From: Mobula hypostoma
Taxonomy: Eukaryota
DNA length: 64,000 bases
Direction of reading: 5' to 3'
Assembly (NCBI RefSeq): GCF_963921235.1
Contig: NC_086107.1
Location: 96,102,001-96,166,000 of the forward strand
This document shows, piece by piece, positions 11,990 through 24,611 of the stretch. The number at the start of each line of letters is the position of its first letter. Within the stretch, counting starts at the first letter, position 1. A program made the position numbers and the translations under genes. The notes below the pieces were generated by a model. That model searched no databases. It was not told the DNA's origin and saw only the letters and a program-made list of their open reading frames with translations.

Positions 11990-14000
11990 GGACAGTATAA
12001 AAATAAAAGAGAAGAAATATAACATAGCAAAGACGAGTGGGAAGCCGGAGGATTGGGAAACTTTTAAAGAGCAACAGAAGGTAACTAAAAAGGCAATATG
12101 CGGAGAAAAAAATGAGGTACGAAGGTAAACTAGCCAAAAATATAAAGGAGGATAGTAAAAGCTTCTTTAGGTTTGTGAAAAGGAAAAAAATAGTTAAGAC
12201 CAAAATTGGGCCCTTGAAGACAGAAGCGGGTGAATTTATTATGGAGAGCAAGGAAATGGCAGACGAGCTGAACAGGTACTTTGGATCTGTCTTCACTAGG
12301 GAAGACACAAACAATCTCCCAGATGTAATAGTGGCCAAAGGACCTAGGGTAATGGATGAATTGAAGAATCTCTATATTATATTAGGTGTTGGATAGGCTG
12401 TTGGGTCTGAAGGTTGATAAGTCCCCGGGACCTGATGGTCTGCATCCCAGGGTACTTAAGGAGGTGGCTTTAGAAATCATGCATGCATTGGTAATCATTT
12501 TCCAATGTTCTATAGATTCAGGATCAGTTCCTGTGGACTGGAGGGTGGCTACTGTTGTCCCTCTCTTCAAGAAGGGAGGAAGAGACAAAACAGGGAATTA
12601 TAGACCGGTTAGCCTGATGTCGGTGGTGGGAAAGATGCTGGAGTCAATTATAAAAGATGAAATTACGACACATCTGGATAGTAGTAACAGGATAGGTCCG
12701 AGTCAGCATGGATTTACGAAGGGGAAATCGTGCTTGACTAATCTTCTGGAATTTTTTGAGGATGTAACAATGAAAATGGACAAGGGAGAGCCAGTGGATG
12801 TAGTGTACCTGGACTTTCAGAAAGCTTTTGATAAAGTCCCACATAGGAGATCAGTGGGCAAAATTAGGGCACATGGTATTGGGGGCAGAGTACTGACATG
12901 GATTGAAAATTGGCTGGCTGACAGGAAACAAAGAGTAGCGATTAATGGGTCCCTTTCGGAATGGCAGGCGATGACCAGTGGGGTACCGCAGGGTTCAGTG
13001 CTGGTACCGCAGCTGTTTACAATATATATTAATGATTTAGATGAGGGAATTAAAAGTAACATTAGCAAGTTTGCCAATGACACAAAGCTGGGTGGCAGTG
13101 TGAAATGTGAGGAGGATGTTATGAGAATGCAGGGTGACTTGGACAGGCTGGGTGAGTGGGTAGATGCATGGCCGATGCAGTTTAATGTGGATAAATGTGA
13201 GGTTATGCACTTTGGTGGTAAGAACGGGAAGGCAGATTATTATCTAAATGGAGTCAAGTTAGGAAAAGGGGAAGTACAACGATATCTAGGTGTTCTTGTA
13301 CATCAGTCACTGAAAGCAAGCATGCAGGGATAGCAGGCAGTGAAGAAAGCCAATGGCATGCTGGCCTTCATAACAAGGGGAATTGAGTATAAGAGCAAAG
13401 AGGTCCTTCTGCAGCTGTATAGGGCCCTGGTGAGACCCACACCTGGAGTACTGTATGCAGTTTTGGTCTCCAAACTTGAGGAAGGACATTCTTGCTATTG
13501 AGGGAGTGCAGCCTAGGTTCACAAGGTTAATTAATTCGCGGGATGGAGGGACTGTCATATGTCGAAAGATTGGAGAGACTGGGCTTGTATACTCTGGAAT
13601 TTAGAAGGCTGAGAGGGGCTCTTATTGAAACATGTAAGATTATTAAGGGATTGGACACGCTGCAGGCAGGAAGCACATTCCCGCTGATGGGTGAGTCCAG
13701 AACCAGAGGCCACAGTTTAAGAATTAGGGGTAGGCCATTTAGAACAGAGTTGAGGAAAAACTTTTTCACCCAGAGAGTGGTGGATATATGGAATGCTCTG
13801 CCCCAGAAGGCTGTGGATGCTAAGTCTCTGGATGCTTTTAAAAAAGAGATGGACAGAGCTCTTAAAGATAGCAGAATCAAAGGTTATGGGGATAAGGCAG
13901 GAACGGGATACTGATAGTGGATGATCAGCCATGATCACAGTGAATGGCAGTGCTGGCTCGAAGGGCAGAATGGCCTACTCCTGCACCTATTGTCTATTGT
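11990..14000 (+). mobile_element. 5'-truncated CR1 LINE (HER1-like), RT region through the 3' tail
   Basis: KSPGPDGLHPRVLKE, NYRPVSL, YLDFQKAFDKV, GVPQGSVL, FAND (FADD mutated), with stops and frameshifts. 3' UTR ends GAATGGCCTACTCCTGCACCTATTGTCTATTGT, typical of elasmobranch CR1/HE1. Confidence 0.9.
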
Positions 14001-14983
14001 CATATAGTTATTTGACAATAAACTTGACATAATCACAATGATATTTGCATAGGGTATACATTGTTCCTGTAGAAATACCGTCAATCCTTTGGTAGAAGGA
14101 ACAAATGCATACACTATTTTCTATTTTCCGATATCTGATGGTCACACACAGCTGTAATTGAAAACTGAGATGTCATGGGAAACACAAACAACAGCTAGCT
14201 GTCTTTCCACTTTCTCCCAACAGATGTCTCTGCGAACACAATTAAGAATGATCTGCGGTTCCTGTTTCCACCACCACGTCTCCGTACACACACACACAGA
14301 CAAAGGGCGCCAAACGATGGCGACAGTACACAAAAGCGAGAGTAGCTTGTCTCATAGTGCAATGAGTCAGAACATGCAGTCTAGTTTAGACCCAATCAAA
14401 TTTCCACCAATAATGCGGAATCAATAACACCTAACATAAACACAACAGGGACTACACTTTCAGGAAATCTGGAGCAACAGACAACATACAGACCAGGAAC
14501 TCAGTGGTTCTGGCAGAATTTGTGAAAAGAAAATAGCCGACTTTATGGGCTGAGACTACATTAGGACTGGAAATAGAGAGAGAGCTGCCAGAAGGGCTGG
14601 GAAGCAGAAGAGTTGGGCATGACTAGGCAGGTGAGAAATGAAAGCAGTTCACATCTTGCGACGCACACCGAGAAGACAAAAGACAGCAGTATCTGAAGCA
14701 GACAGCACAGTTGCATACAGGTAATCAGACAACAAGTGACCATGGATGCAGAGTCTCTCTTCTCAATGCTGAATGGTCGAACACTGCGATATTAACATAG
14801 ACACAGAGAAGTTTGAGAAAATGTACAGAATGTAGGCAATATCTCTTAACCAGAAAAAGATCTCCAACGAAAAATACAAAACAGCAGCAAGACCATAGGT
14901 AACAAAGATCTTTGCAAGACATCTACCAAAAATTAAAGGTCAGGTGTTAAACAATAGGCAGACAACTCAACAACAGCATGAGC

Positions 14984-15018
14984 ATCATGTATCTAGGCCA
15001 TTTGGCTAAGATCAAGTG
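14984..15018 (+). pseudogene. Truncated, degenerate U2 5' fragment (nt ~1-33) in the spacer; a variant occurs in every unit
   Basis: GGCCATTTGGCTAAGATCAAGTG (14996-15018) matches U2 nt 11-33 at 22/23. Internal units keep TGGCTAAGATCAAGTG exactly (for example 17734-17749). Confidence 0.7.
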
Positions 15019-15270
15019 CACATCCAGGCTGCAACCAGATCAGGTGCTGCAGGCAAGGCAGCAACTTCATGAGAGATGCCCCTTGGCATTCATTCCTGAA
15101 GCAAACTGCTCAACCGGCACACTCATTCTGATGCCTGCTCACTCGGCAGCTGCCTGCACCAAGCACAGAAGCAGAGTGAAGCGGAGCGGGCCGAAAGGCC
15201 TTTTCTGTCCCGCCACGCTCGCTCCACTTCTCAGGCTCAGGCTTCTCAGCTGCTCCTTGAAGCCAACGGA

Positions 15271-15335
15271 GGACGGGACGGACGGACGGACGGGCGGGCG
15301 AACGAACGAACGAACGAACGAGGCGAATGAACGAA
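15271..15335. repeat. Compound (GGAC)n(GGGC)n(GAAC)n microsatellite, one per unit, variable in length
   Basis: Directly visible; 5 AACG copies in early units and 8 in the last two spacers. Confidence 0.9.
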
Positions 15336-16314
15336 TGATTTCACCAGCAGCCAGCCTGTCGGACAGGCAGGCTCGTTCAAGTGTGCCAGCAGCCAGGGCT
15401 CGTGGACGAGAGGAAGGAAGGGAGGCATCCGATGGAGCCCGGCCACAGAGCAACGGGGCCCGGTGCTGCATCCTCCCCGCCTGCACCAGACTGCCAAGAC
15501 TGCTGCTCTCCTGCCCAGACAGACAGACAGACAGACAGACCAGCTACAAGCATCACCACCTAGCCATAGCACCAGCAAAACTCTGCCTACCTGCCCTGGC
15601 CTGGCCTGGCCTCCTCTGCTCTGCCCGACCCGACCCGACTCGACTCACAAATCTCCATTGTGATGCGTCTGCCTGCCCCTGCCCCAGCCCCAAAGCCCCG
15701 CCCACCGTTCGAGGCAAGGCAGAGGCACAACCCCCCACTCAGACCTCCCCAATATACATTGGCAGTGCAGTGCATCTCCAGCCTCGCTCAAAATCACGTC
15801 CCAAACCCCAAAATCACTCAAACCTCTCATGCTTACACGTACCTACTCGGCGTCCAGCTTTGGCGCACGTCTCCACAAGTGCCACATCCATCCACGTGCC
15901 CCTGCTTCACGCACAGCACAGCACTGTGCCTCCCTCCGGCAGGCATTTCGCCGATCCATTTCCTGTTTCACAACCAAGGCATAATCAGTACCCCTTTCCT
16001 TCCACAGCACAGCGCGCACACGCGCCCGCCCACTCCGCCACCGAGCCATGCCGGCCAAAAACGCACCTGCACAGCAGTGGGGCACAGGGCCGCCGTCAGC
16101 CCGCCACACATTTCCCTCCTTCCCTCCTATTTCTACATCCGTGCACCCACCCCGCTGCAAAACCAGTCAGTCTGCTCAGGCGTCAGCACAGAGGCATAGT
16201 GAAGGGCCTCGGCCCTTCTCCCTTTACTGCCCTCTGTACATGTGACCAGAGCTTGGCAGATCCCTCAGCACTCCGTGTGCACGTGTGTCTGTGACTCTGT
16301 GTCTCTGTGAGATT

Positions 16315-16360
16315 GAGTGAGTGAGTGAGTGAGTCAGTGAGAGAGAGAGACAGACAGACA

Positions 16361-16401
<41 letters not shown>
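16315..16401. repeat. Compound (GAGT)n(GA)n(CAGA)n(CA)n microsatellite, one per unit
   Basis: Directly visible; main source of unit length variation. Confidence 0.9.
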
Positions 16402-16403
<2 letters not shown>

Positions 16404-17030
16404 ACCCCCATCCACCCTGGTAAAAAAAAGGTGGTGGGGGAGCAGGGGAGAAGACACTGTGTCCAATCATAGCCTGTGCAGACGCAAAGTCTGCAGCTTC
16501 TGGAGATGAAACAAACTCAATCCACTCAACAATTGTAATTGCACACACGTCAAAATAAAGGCACAGAGGTGTGAATGGCTGCACTTCAGCCTTCGGCTTG
16601 GAGAGCACACCCATTGTTTCTCCTCAGGCACACCTGTAGCTGACATCCTCCTGTTCCCAAACTTGCCAGGAGGCTTTTCTGCCCGCGGACTTTGGCCACG
16701 TCCACAACCCTCGTACCGGTCTTGAGCGTTGCACGTGGCCTCTGCCTTTGTCGCCCGGCGCAGTCCCATCCGCTCGCTCCCTCCCGGAGAGGGCAGAGCC
16801 TCCGAAGGAGACCGTTCAGCTGGATGGATGCGCCGGCCAGCTAGGGCGCGCAAAGCCGAGAGGCGCGCTCTCTTTGCCGAGTGCAGGGACGCCCTTGAAG
16901 GGCCCAGCGGCCTGCTCCCACTCCCCCTGCAGACTCTTGTGCAGACAGGACAGCGTGACCAGCCTCCCATGACCAGGAGAGCAGTGCAAGTTGAGCCAGC
17001 CTCTGAGACCGACCTGGGAGCCGGCAGCCT

Positions 17031-17116
17031 TGACGTAGGCAGTGTGCCAGTGACGTAGGCGCCCATAAGTACGGCCCCACTCCCAGATGATTGGTGGATC
17101 ACTAGCAGCTTTACAT
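17031..17116 (+). promoter_or_regulatory. Candidate distal sequence element of the U2 promoter (repeated in each unit)
   Basis: At about -270 to -190: two TGACGTAGGC CRE-like motifs 20 bp apart (17031, 17051), SPH-like CTCCCAGATGATTGG and octamer-like CTTTACAT. Based on position and motif resemblance only. Confidence 0.4.
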
Positions 17117-17302
17117 AGCCTCTGACAACTTGCACTCATGACGGACCAGGTAGGCAACAGCTGTCCAGCACACCCACCCATCCCAGACAACCTAGGGGAG
17201 AGCTGCCAGCGGGCCAGGGCAGCAAGGTCTTTGCCAGGCCTCCTGCTTCAATCTAAACACCAGAGGCTAGGCAGGATGTAGCCGACTCAAGCGTATGCCT
17301 GC

Positions 17303-17490
17303 ATCGCTTCTCGGCCTTTTGGCTAAGATCAAGTGTAGTATCTGTTCTTATCAGTTTAATATCTGATACGTCCCTTATCTGGGGACCATATATTAAATTG
17401 ATTTTTGGAACAGGGAGATGGAATAGGGGCTTGCTCCGTCCACTCCACGCATCGACCCGGTATTGCAGTGCCTCTGGGAACGGTGCACTC
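17303..17490 (+). ncRNA. RNU2: U2 spliceosomal snRNA, copy 1
   Basis: Begins ATCGCTTCTCGGCCTTTTGGCTAAGATCAAGTGTAGTATCTGTTCTTATCAG; branch-point-pairing GTAGTA, Sm site ATTTTTG, stem-loop IV ATTGCAG. Confidence 0.99.
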
Positions 17491-17502
17491 CCCTTCTGGG
17501 GA

Positions 17503-17520
17503 ATTTCAAAGTAGCAAAGA
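17503..17520 (+). terminator. Candidate snRNA 3' box (repeated in each unit)
   Basis: ATTTCAAAGTAGCAAAGA about 12 nt after the U2 end resembles the GTTT-N-AAARNNAGA consensus. Confidence 0.55.
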
Positions 17521-19089
17521 AAAGGAAAACGACGAAAGCTCCATCAGGCACAGCAGCACAGACAAGCATGCACGCACATGGAGAGAGAGGAGAGAGCTAG
17601 CTGCTTGCTCTACACTTCTCCTGTGTCTGTGTCTGTCTGTCGATACAGCTCACTCACTCACTCACGCCATGGGCAGACAACTCAACAACAGCACGAGCAT
17701 CATATATCTGGGCCATTTGATCAAGCCATTTGATGGCTAAGATCAAGTGCACATCCAGGCTGCAACCAGATCAGGTGCTGCAGGCAAGGCAGCAACTTCA
17801 TGAGAGATGCCCCTTGGCATTCATTCCTGAAGCAAACTGCTCAACCGGCACACTCATTCTGATGCCTGCTCACTCGGCAGCTGCCTGCACCAAGCACAGA
17901 AGCAGAGTGAAGCGGAGCGGGCCGAAAGGCCTTTTCTGTCCCGCCACGCTCGCTCCACTTCTCAGGCTCAGGCTTCTCAGCTGCTCCTTGAAGCCAACGG
18001 AGGACGGGACGGACGGACGGACGGGCGGGCGAACGAACGAACGAACGAACGAGGCGAATGAACGAATGATTTCACCAGCAGCCAGCCTGTCGGACAGGCA
18101 GGCTCGTTCAAGTGTGCCAGCAGCCAGGGCTCGTGGACGAGAGGAAGGAAGGGAGGCATCCGATGGAGCCCGGCCACAGAGCAACGGGGCCCGGTGCTGC
18201 ATCCTCCCCGCCTGCACCAGACTGCCAAGACTGCTGCTCTCCTGCCCAGACAGACAGACAGACAGACAGACCAGCTACAAGCATCACCACCTAGCCATAG
18301 CACCAGCAAAACTCTGCCTACCTGCCCTGGCCTGGCCTGGCCTCCTCTGCTCTGCCCGACCCGACCCGACTCGACTCACAAATCTCCATTGTGATGCGTC
18401 TGCCTGCCCCTGCCCCAGCCCCAAAGCCCCGCCCACCGTTCGAGGCAAGGCAGAGGCACAACCCCCCACTCAGACCTCCCCAATATACATTGGCAGTGCA
18501 GTGCATCTCCAGCCTCGCTCAAAATCACGTCCCAAACCCCAAAATCACTCAAACCTCTCATGCTTACACGTACCTACTCGGCGTCCAGCTTTGGCGCACG
18601 TCTCCACAAGTGCCACATCCATCCACGTGCCCCTGCTTCACGCACAGCACAGCACTGTGCCTCCCTCCGGCAGGCATTTCGCCGATCCATTTCCTGTTTC
18701 ACAACCAAGGCATAATCAGTACCCCTTTCCTTCCACAGCACAGCGCGCACACGCGCCCGCCCACTCCGCCACCGAGCCATGCCGGCCAAAAACGCACCTG
18801 CACAGCAGTGGGGCACAGGGCCGCCGTCAGCCCGCCACACATTTCCCTCCTTCCCTCCTATTTCTACATCCGTGCACCCACCCCGCTGCAAAACCAGTCA
18901 GTCTGCTCAGGCGTCAGCACAGAGGCATAGTGAAGGGCCTCGGCCCTTCTCCCTTTACTGCCCTCTGTACATGTGACCAGAGCTTGGCAGATCCCTCAGC
19001 ACTCCGTGTGCACGTGTGTCTGTGACTCTGTGTCTCTGTGAGATTGAGTGAGTGAGTGAGTGAGTCAGTGAGAGAGAGAGAGACAGACA

Positions 19090-19138
<49 letters not shown>

Positions 19139-20037
19139 ACCCCCATCCACCCTGGTAAAAAAAAGGTGGTGGGGGAGCAGGGGAGAAGACACTGTGTCCA
19201 ATCATAGCCTGTGCAGACGCAAAGTCTGCAGCTTCTGGAGATGAAACAAACTCAATCCACTCAACAATTGTAATTGCACACACGTCAAAATAAAGGCACA
19301 GAGGTGTGAATGGCTGCACTTCAGCCTTCGGCTTGGAGAGCACACCCATTGTTTCTCCTCAGGCACACCTGTAGCTGACATCCTCCTGTTCCCAAACTTG
19401 CCAGGAGGCTTTTCTGCCCGCGGACTTTGGCCACGTCCACAACCCTCGTACCGGTCTTGAGCGTTGCACGTGGCCTCTGCCTTTGTCGCCCGGCGCAGTC
19501 CCATCCGCTCGCTCCCTCCCGGAGAGGGCAGAGCCTCCGAAGGAGACCGTTCAGCTGGATGGATGCGCCGGCCAGCTAGGGCGCGCAAAGCCGAGAGGCG
19601 CGCTCTCTTTGCCGAGTGCAGGGACGCCCTTGAAGGGCCCAGCGGCCTGCTCCCACTCCCCCTGCAGACTCTTGTGCAGACAGGACAGCGTGACCAGCCT
19701 CCCATGACCAGGAGAGCAGTGCAAGTTGAGCCAGCCTCTGAGACCGACCTGGGAGCCGGCAGCCTTGACGTAGGCAGTGTGCCAGTGACGTAGGCGCCCA
19801 TAAGTACGGCCCCACTCCCAGATGATTGGTGGATCACTAGCAGCTTTACATAGCCTCTGACAACTTGCACTCATGACGGACCAGGTAGGCAACAGCTGTC
19901 CAGCACACCCACCCATCCCAGACAACCTAGGGGAGAGCTGCCAGCGGGCCAGGGCAGCAAGGTCTTTGCCAGGCCTCCTGCTTCAATCTAAACACCAGAG
20001 GCTAGGCAGGATGTAGCCGACTCAAGCGTATGCCTGC

Positions 20038-20225
20038 ATCGCTTCTCGGCCTTTTGGCTAAGATCAAGTGTAGTATCTGTTCTTATCAGTTTAATATCTG
20101 ATACGTCCCTTATCTGGGGACCATATATTAAATTGATTTTTGGAACAGGGAGATGGAATAGGGGCTTGCTCCGTCCACTCCACGCATCGACCCGGTATTG
20201 CAGTGCCTCTGGGAACGGTGCACTC
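20038..20225 (+). ncRNA. RNU2: U2 snRNA, copy 2
   Basis: Same sequence as copy 1. Confidence 0.99.
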
Positions 20226-21827
20226 CCCTTCTGGGGAATTTCAAAGTAGCAAAGAAAAGGAAAACGACGAAAGCTCCATCAGGCACAGCAGCACAGACAA
20301 GCATGCACGCACATGGAGAGAGAGGAGAGAGCTAGCTGCTTGCTCTACACTTCTCCTGTGTCTGTGTCTGTCTGTCGATACAGCTCACTCACTCACTCAC
20401 GCCATGGGCAGACAACTCAACAACAGCACGAGCATCATATATCTGGGCCATTTGATCAAGCCATTTGATGGCTAAGATCAAGTGCACATCCAGGCTGCAA
20501 CCAGATCAGGTGCTGCAGGCAAGGCAGCAACTTCATGAGAGATGCCCCTTGGCATTCATTCCTGAAGCAAACTGCTCAACCGGCACACTCATTCTGATGC
20601 CTGCTCACTCGGCAGCTGCCTGCACCAAGCACAGAAGCAGAGTGAAGCGGAGCGGGCCGAAAGGCCTTTTCTGTCCCGCCACGCTCGCTCCACTTCTCAG
20701 GCTCAGGCTTCTCAGCTGCTCCTTGAAGCCAACGGAGGACGGGACGGACGGACGGACGGGCGGGCGAACGAACGAACGAACGAACGAGGCGAATGAACGA
20801 ATGATTTCACCAGCAGCCAGCCTGTCGGACAGGCAGGCTCGTTCAAGTGTGCCAGCAGCCAGGGCTCGTGGACGAGAGGAAGGAAGGGAGGCATCCGATG
20901 GAGCCCGGCCACAGAGCAACGGGGCCCGGTGCTGCATCCTCCCCGCCTGCACCAGACTGCCAAGACTGCTGCTCTCCTGCCCAGACAGACAGACAGACAG
21001 ACAGACCAGCTACAAGCATCACCACCTAGCCATAGCACCAGCAAAACTCTGCCTACCTGCCCTGGCCTGGCCTGGCCTCCTCTGCTCTGCCCGACCCGAC
21101 CCGACTCGACTCACAAATCTCCATTGTGATGCGTCTGCCTGCCCCTGCCCCAGCCCCAAAGCCCCGCCCACCGTTCGAGGCAAGGCAGAGGCACAACCCC
21201 CCACTCAGACCTCCCCAATATACATTGGCAGTGCAGTGCATCTCCAGCCTCGCTCAAAATCACGTCCCAAACCCCAAAATCACTCAAACCTCTCATGCTT
21301 ACACGTACCTACTCGGCGTCCAGCTTTGGCGCACGTCTCCACAAGTGCCACATCCATCCACGTGCCCCTGCTTCACGCACAGCACAGCACTGTGCCTCCC
21401 TCCGGCAGGCATTTCGCCGATCCATTTCCTGTTTCACAACCAAGGCATAATCAGTACCCCTTTCCTTCCACAGCACAGCGCGCACACGCGCCCGCCCACT
21501 CCGCCACCGAGCCATGCCGGCCAAAAACGCACCTGCACAGCAGTGGGGCACAGGGCCGCCGTCAGCCCGCCACACATTTCCCTCCTTCCCTCCTATTTCT
21601 ACATCCGTGCACCCACCCCGCTGCAAAACCAGTCAGTCTGCTCAGGCGTCAGCACAGAGGCATAGTGAAGGGCCTCGGCCCTTCTCCCTTTACTGCCCTC
21701 TGTACATGTGACCAGAGCTTGGCAGATCCCTCAGCACTCCGTGTGCACGTGTGTCTGTGACTCTGTGTCTCTGTGAGATTGAGTGAGTGAGTGAGTGAGT
21801 CAGTGAGAGAGAGAGAGACAGACAGAC

Positions 21828-21872
<45 letters not shown>

Positions 21873-22771
21873 ACCCCCATCCACCCTGGTAAAAAAAAGG
21901 TGGTGGGGGAGCAGGGGAGAAGACACTGTGTCCAATCATAGCCTGTGCAGACGCAAAGTCTGCAGCTTCTGGAGATGAAACAAACTCAATCCACTCAACA
22001 ATTGTAATTGCACACACGTCAAAATAAAGGCACAGAGGTGTGAATGGCTGCACTTCAGCCTTCGGCTTGGAGAGCACACCCATTGTTTCTCCTCAGGCAC
22101 ACCTGTAGCTGACATCCTCCTGTTCCCAAACTTGCCAGGAGGCTTTTCTGCCCGCGGACTTTGGCCACGTCCACAACCCTCGTACCGGTCTTGAGCGTTG
22201 CACGTGGCCTCTGCCTTTGTCGCCCGGCGCAGTCCCATCCGCTCGCTCCCTCCCGGAGAGGGCAGAGCCTCCGAAGGAGACCGTTCAGCTGGATGGATGC
22301 GCCGGCCAGCTAGGGCGCGCAAAGCCGAGAGGCGCGCTCTCTTTGCCGAGTGCAGGGACGCCCTTGAAGGGCCCAGCGGCCTGCTCCCACTCCCCCTGCA
22401 GACTCTTGTGCAGACAGGACAGCGTGACCAGCCTCCCATGACCAGGAGAGCAGTGCAAGTTGAGCCAGCCTCTGAGACCGACCTGGGAGCCGGCAGCCTT
22501 GACGTAGGCAGTGTGCCAGTGACGTAGGCGCCCATAAGTACGGCCCCACTCCCAGATGATTGGTGGATCACTAGCAGCTTTACATAGCCTCTGACAACTT
22601 GCACTCATGACGGACCAGGTAGGCAACAGCTGTCCAGCACACCCACCCATCCCAGACAACCTAGGGGAGAGCTGCCAGCGGGCCAGGGCAGCAAGGTCTT
22701 TGCCAGGCCTCCTGCTTCAATCTAAACACCAGAGGCTAGGCAGGATGTAGCCGACTCAAGCGTATGCCTGC

Positions 22772-22959
22772 ATCGCTTCTCGGCCTTTTGGCTAAGATCA
22801 AGTGTAGTATCTGTTCTTATCAGTTTAATATCTGATACGTCCCTTATCTGGGGACCATATATTAAATTGATTTTTGGAACAGGGAGATGGAATAGGGGCT
22901 TGCTCCGTCCACTCCACGCATCGACCCGGTATTGCAGTGCCTCTGGGAACGGTGCACTC
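22772..22959 (+). ncRNA. RNU2: U2 snRNA, copy 3
   Basis: Same sequence as copy 1. Confidence 0.99.
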
Positions 22960-24560
22960 CCCTTCTGGGGAATTTCAAAGTAGCAAAGAAAAGGAAAACG
23001 ACGAAAGCTCCATCAGGCACAGCAGCACAGACAAGCATGCACGCACATGGAGAGAGAGGAGAGAGCTAGCTGCTTGCTCTACACTTCTCCTGTGTCTGTG
23101 TCTGTCTGTCGATACAGCTCACTCACTCACTCACGCCATGGGCAGACAACTCAACAACAGCACGAGCATCATATATCTGGGCCATTTGATCAAGCCATTT
23201 GATGGCTAAGATCAAGTGCACATCCAGGCTGCAACCAGATCAGGTGCTGCAGGCAAGGCAGCAACTTCATGAGAGATGCCCCTTGGCATTCATTCCTGAA
23301 GCAAACTGCTCAACCGGCACACTCATTCTGATGCCTGCTCACTCGGCAGCTGCCTGCACCAAGCACAGAAGCAGAGTGAAGCGGAGCGGGCCGAAAGGCC
23401 TTTTCTGTCCCGCCACGCTCGCTCCACTTCTCAGGCTCAGGCTTCTCAGCTGCTCCTTGAAGCCAACGGAGGACGGGACGGACGGACGGACGGGCGGGAA
23501 CGAACGAACGAACGAACGAACGAGGCGAATGAACGAATGATTTCACCAGCAGCCAGCCTGTCGGACAGGCAGGCTCGTTCAAGTGTGCCAGCAGCCAGGG
23601 CTCGTGGACGAGAGGAAGGAAGGGAGGCATCCGATGGAGCCCGGCCACAGAGCAACGGGGCCCGGTGCTGCATCCTCCCCGCCTGCACCAGACTGCCAAG
23701 ACTGCTGCTCTCCTGCCCAGACAGACAGACAGACAGACAGACCAGCTACAAGCATCACCACCTAGCCATAGCACCAGCAAAACTCTGCCTACCTGCCCTG
23801 GCCTGGCCTGGCCTCCTCTGCTCTGCCCGACCCGACCCGACTCGACTCACAAATCTCCATTGTGATGCGTCTGCCTGCCCCTGCCCCAGCCCCAAAGCCC
23901 CGCCCACCGTTCGAGGCAAGGCAGAGGCACAACCCCCCACTCAGACCTCCCCAATATACATTGGCAGTGCAGTGCATCTCCAGCCTCGCTCAAAATCACG
24001 TCCCAAACCCCAAAATCACTCAAACCTCTCATGCTTACACGTACCTACTCGGCGTCCAGCTTTGGCGCACGTCTCCACAAGTGCCACATCCATCCACGTG
24101 CCCCTGCTTCACGCACAGCACAGCACTGTGCCTCCCTCCGGCAGGCATTTCGCCGATCCATTTCCTGTTTCACAACCAAGGCATAATCAGTACCCCTTTC
24201 CTTCCACAGCACAGCGCGCACACGCGCCCGCCCACTCCGCCACCGAGCCATGCCGGCCAAAAACGCACCTGCACAGCAGTGGGGCACAGGGCCGCCGTCA
24301 GCCCGCCACACATTTCCCTCCTTCCCTCCTATTTCTACATCCGTGCACCCACCCCGCTGCAAAACCAGTCAGTCTGCTCAGGCGTCAGCACAGAGGCATA
24401 GTGAAGGGCCTCGGCCCTTCTCCCTTTACTGCCCTCTGTACATGTGACCAGAGCTTGGCAGATCCCTCAGCACTCCGTGTGCACGTGTGTCTGTGACTCT
24501 GTGTCTGTGTGAGATTGAGTGAGTGAGTGAGTGAGTCAGTGAGAGAGAGACAGACAGACA

Positions 24561-24611
<51 letters not shown>

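Noticed and set aside
15195..15250. Short U2-like words GGCCTTTT and GCTTCTC in the spacer
   Set aside because: Only 7-8 nt and in the wrong order; expected by chance.
14978..16294. 431-438 aa ORF repeated in each spacer
   Set aside because: Runs through microsatellites, is low complexity with no domain, and is frameshifted in several units by repeat slippage; a GC-rich chance ORF.
16467..17135. 222-aa minus-strand ORF identical in all units
   Set aside because: Identity reflects array homogenisation; non-ATG start and no recognisable motif.
17405..17740. 111-aa ORF MEQGDGIG
   Set aside because: Starts at a TTG inside the U2 snRNA sequence; non-coding.
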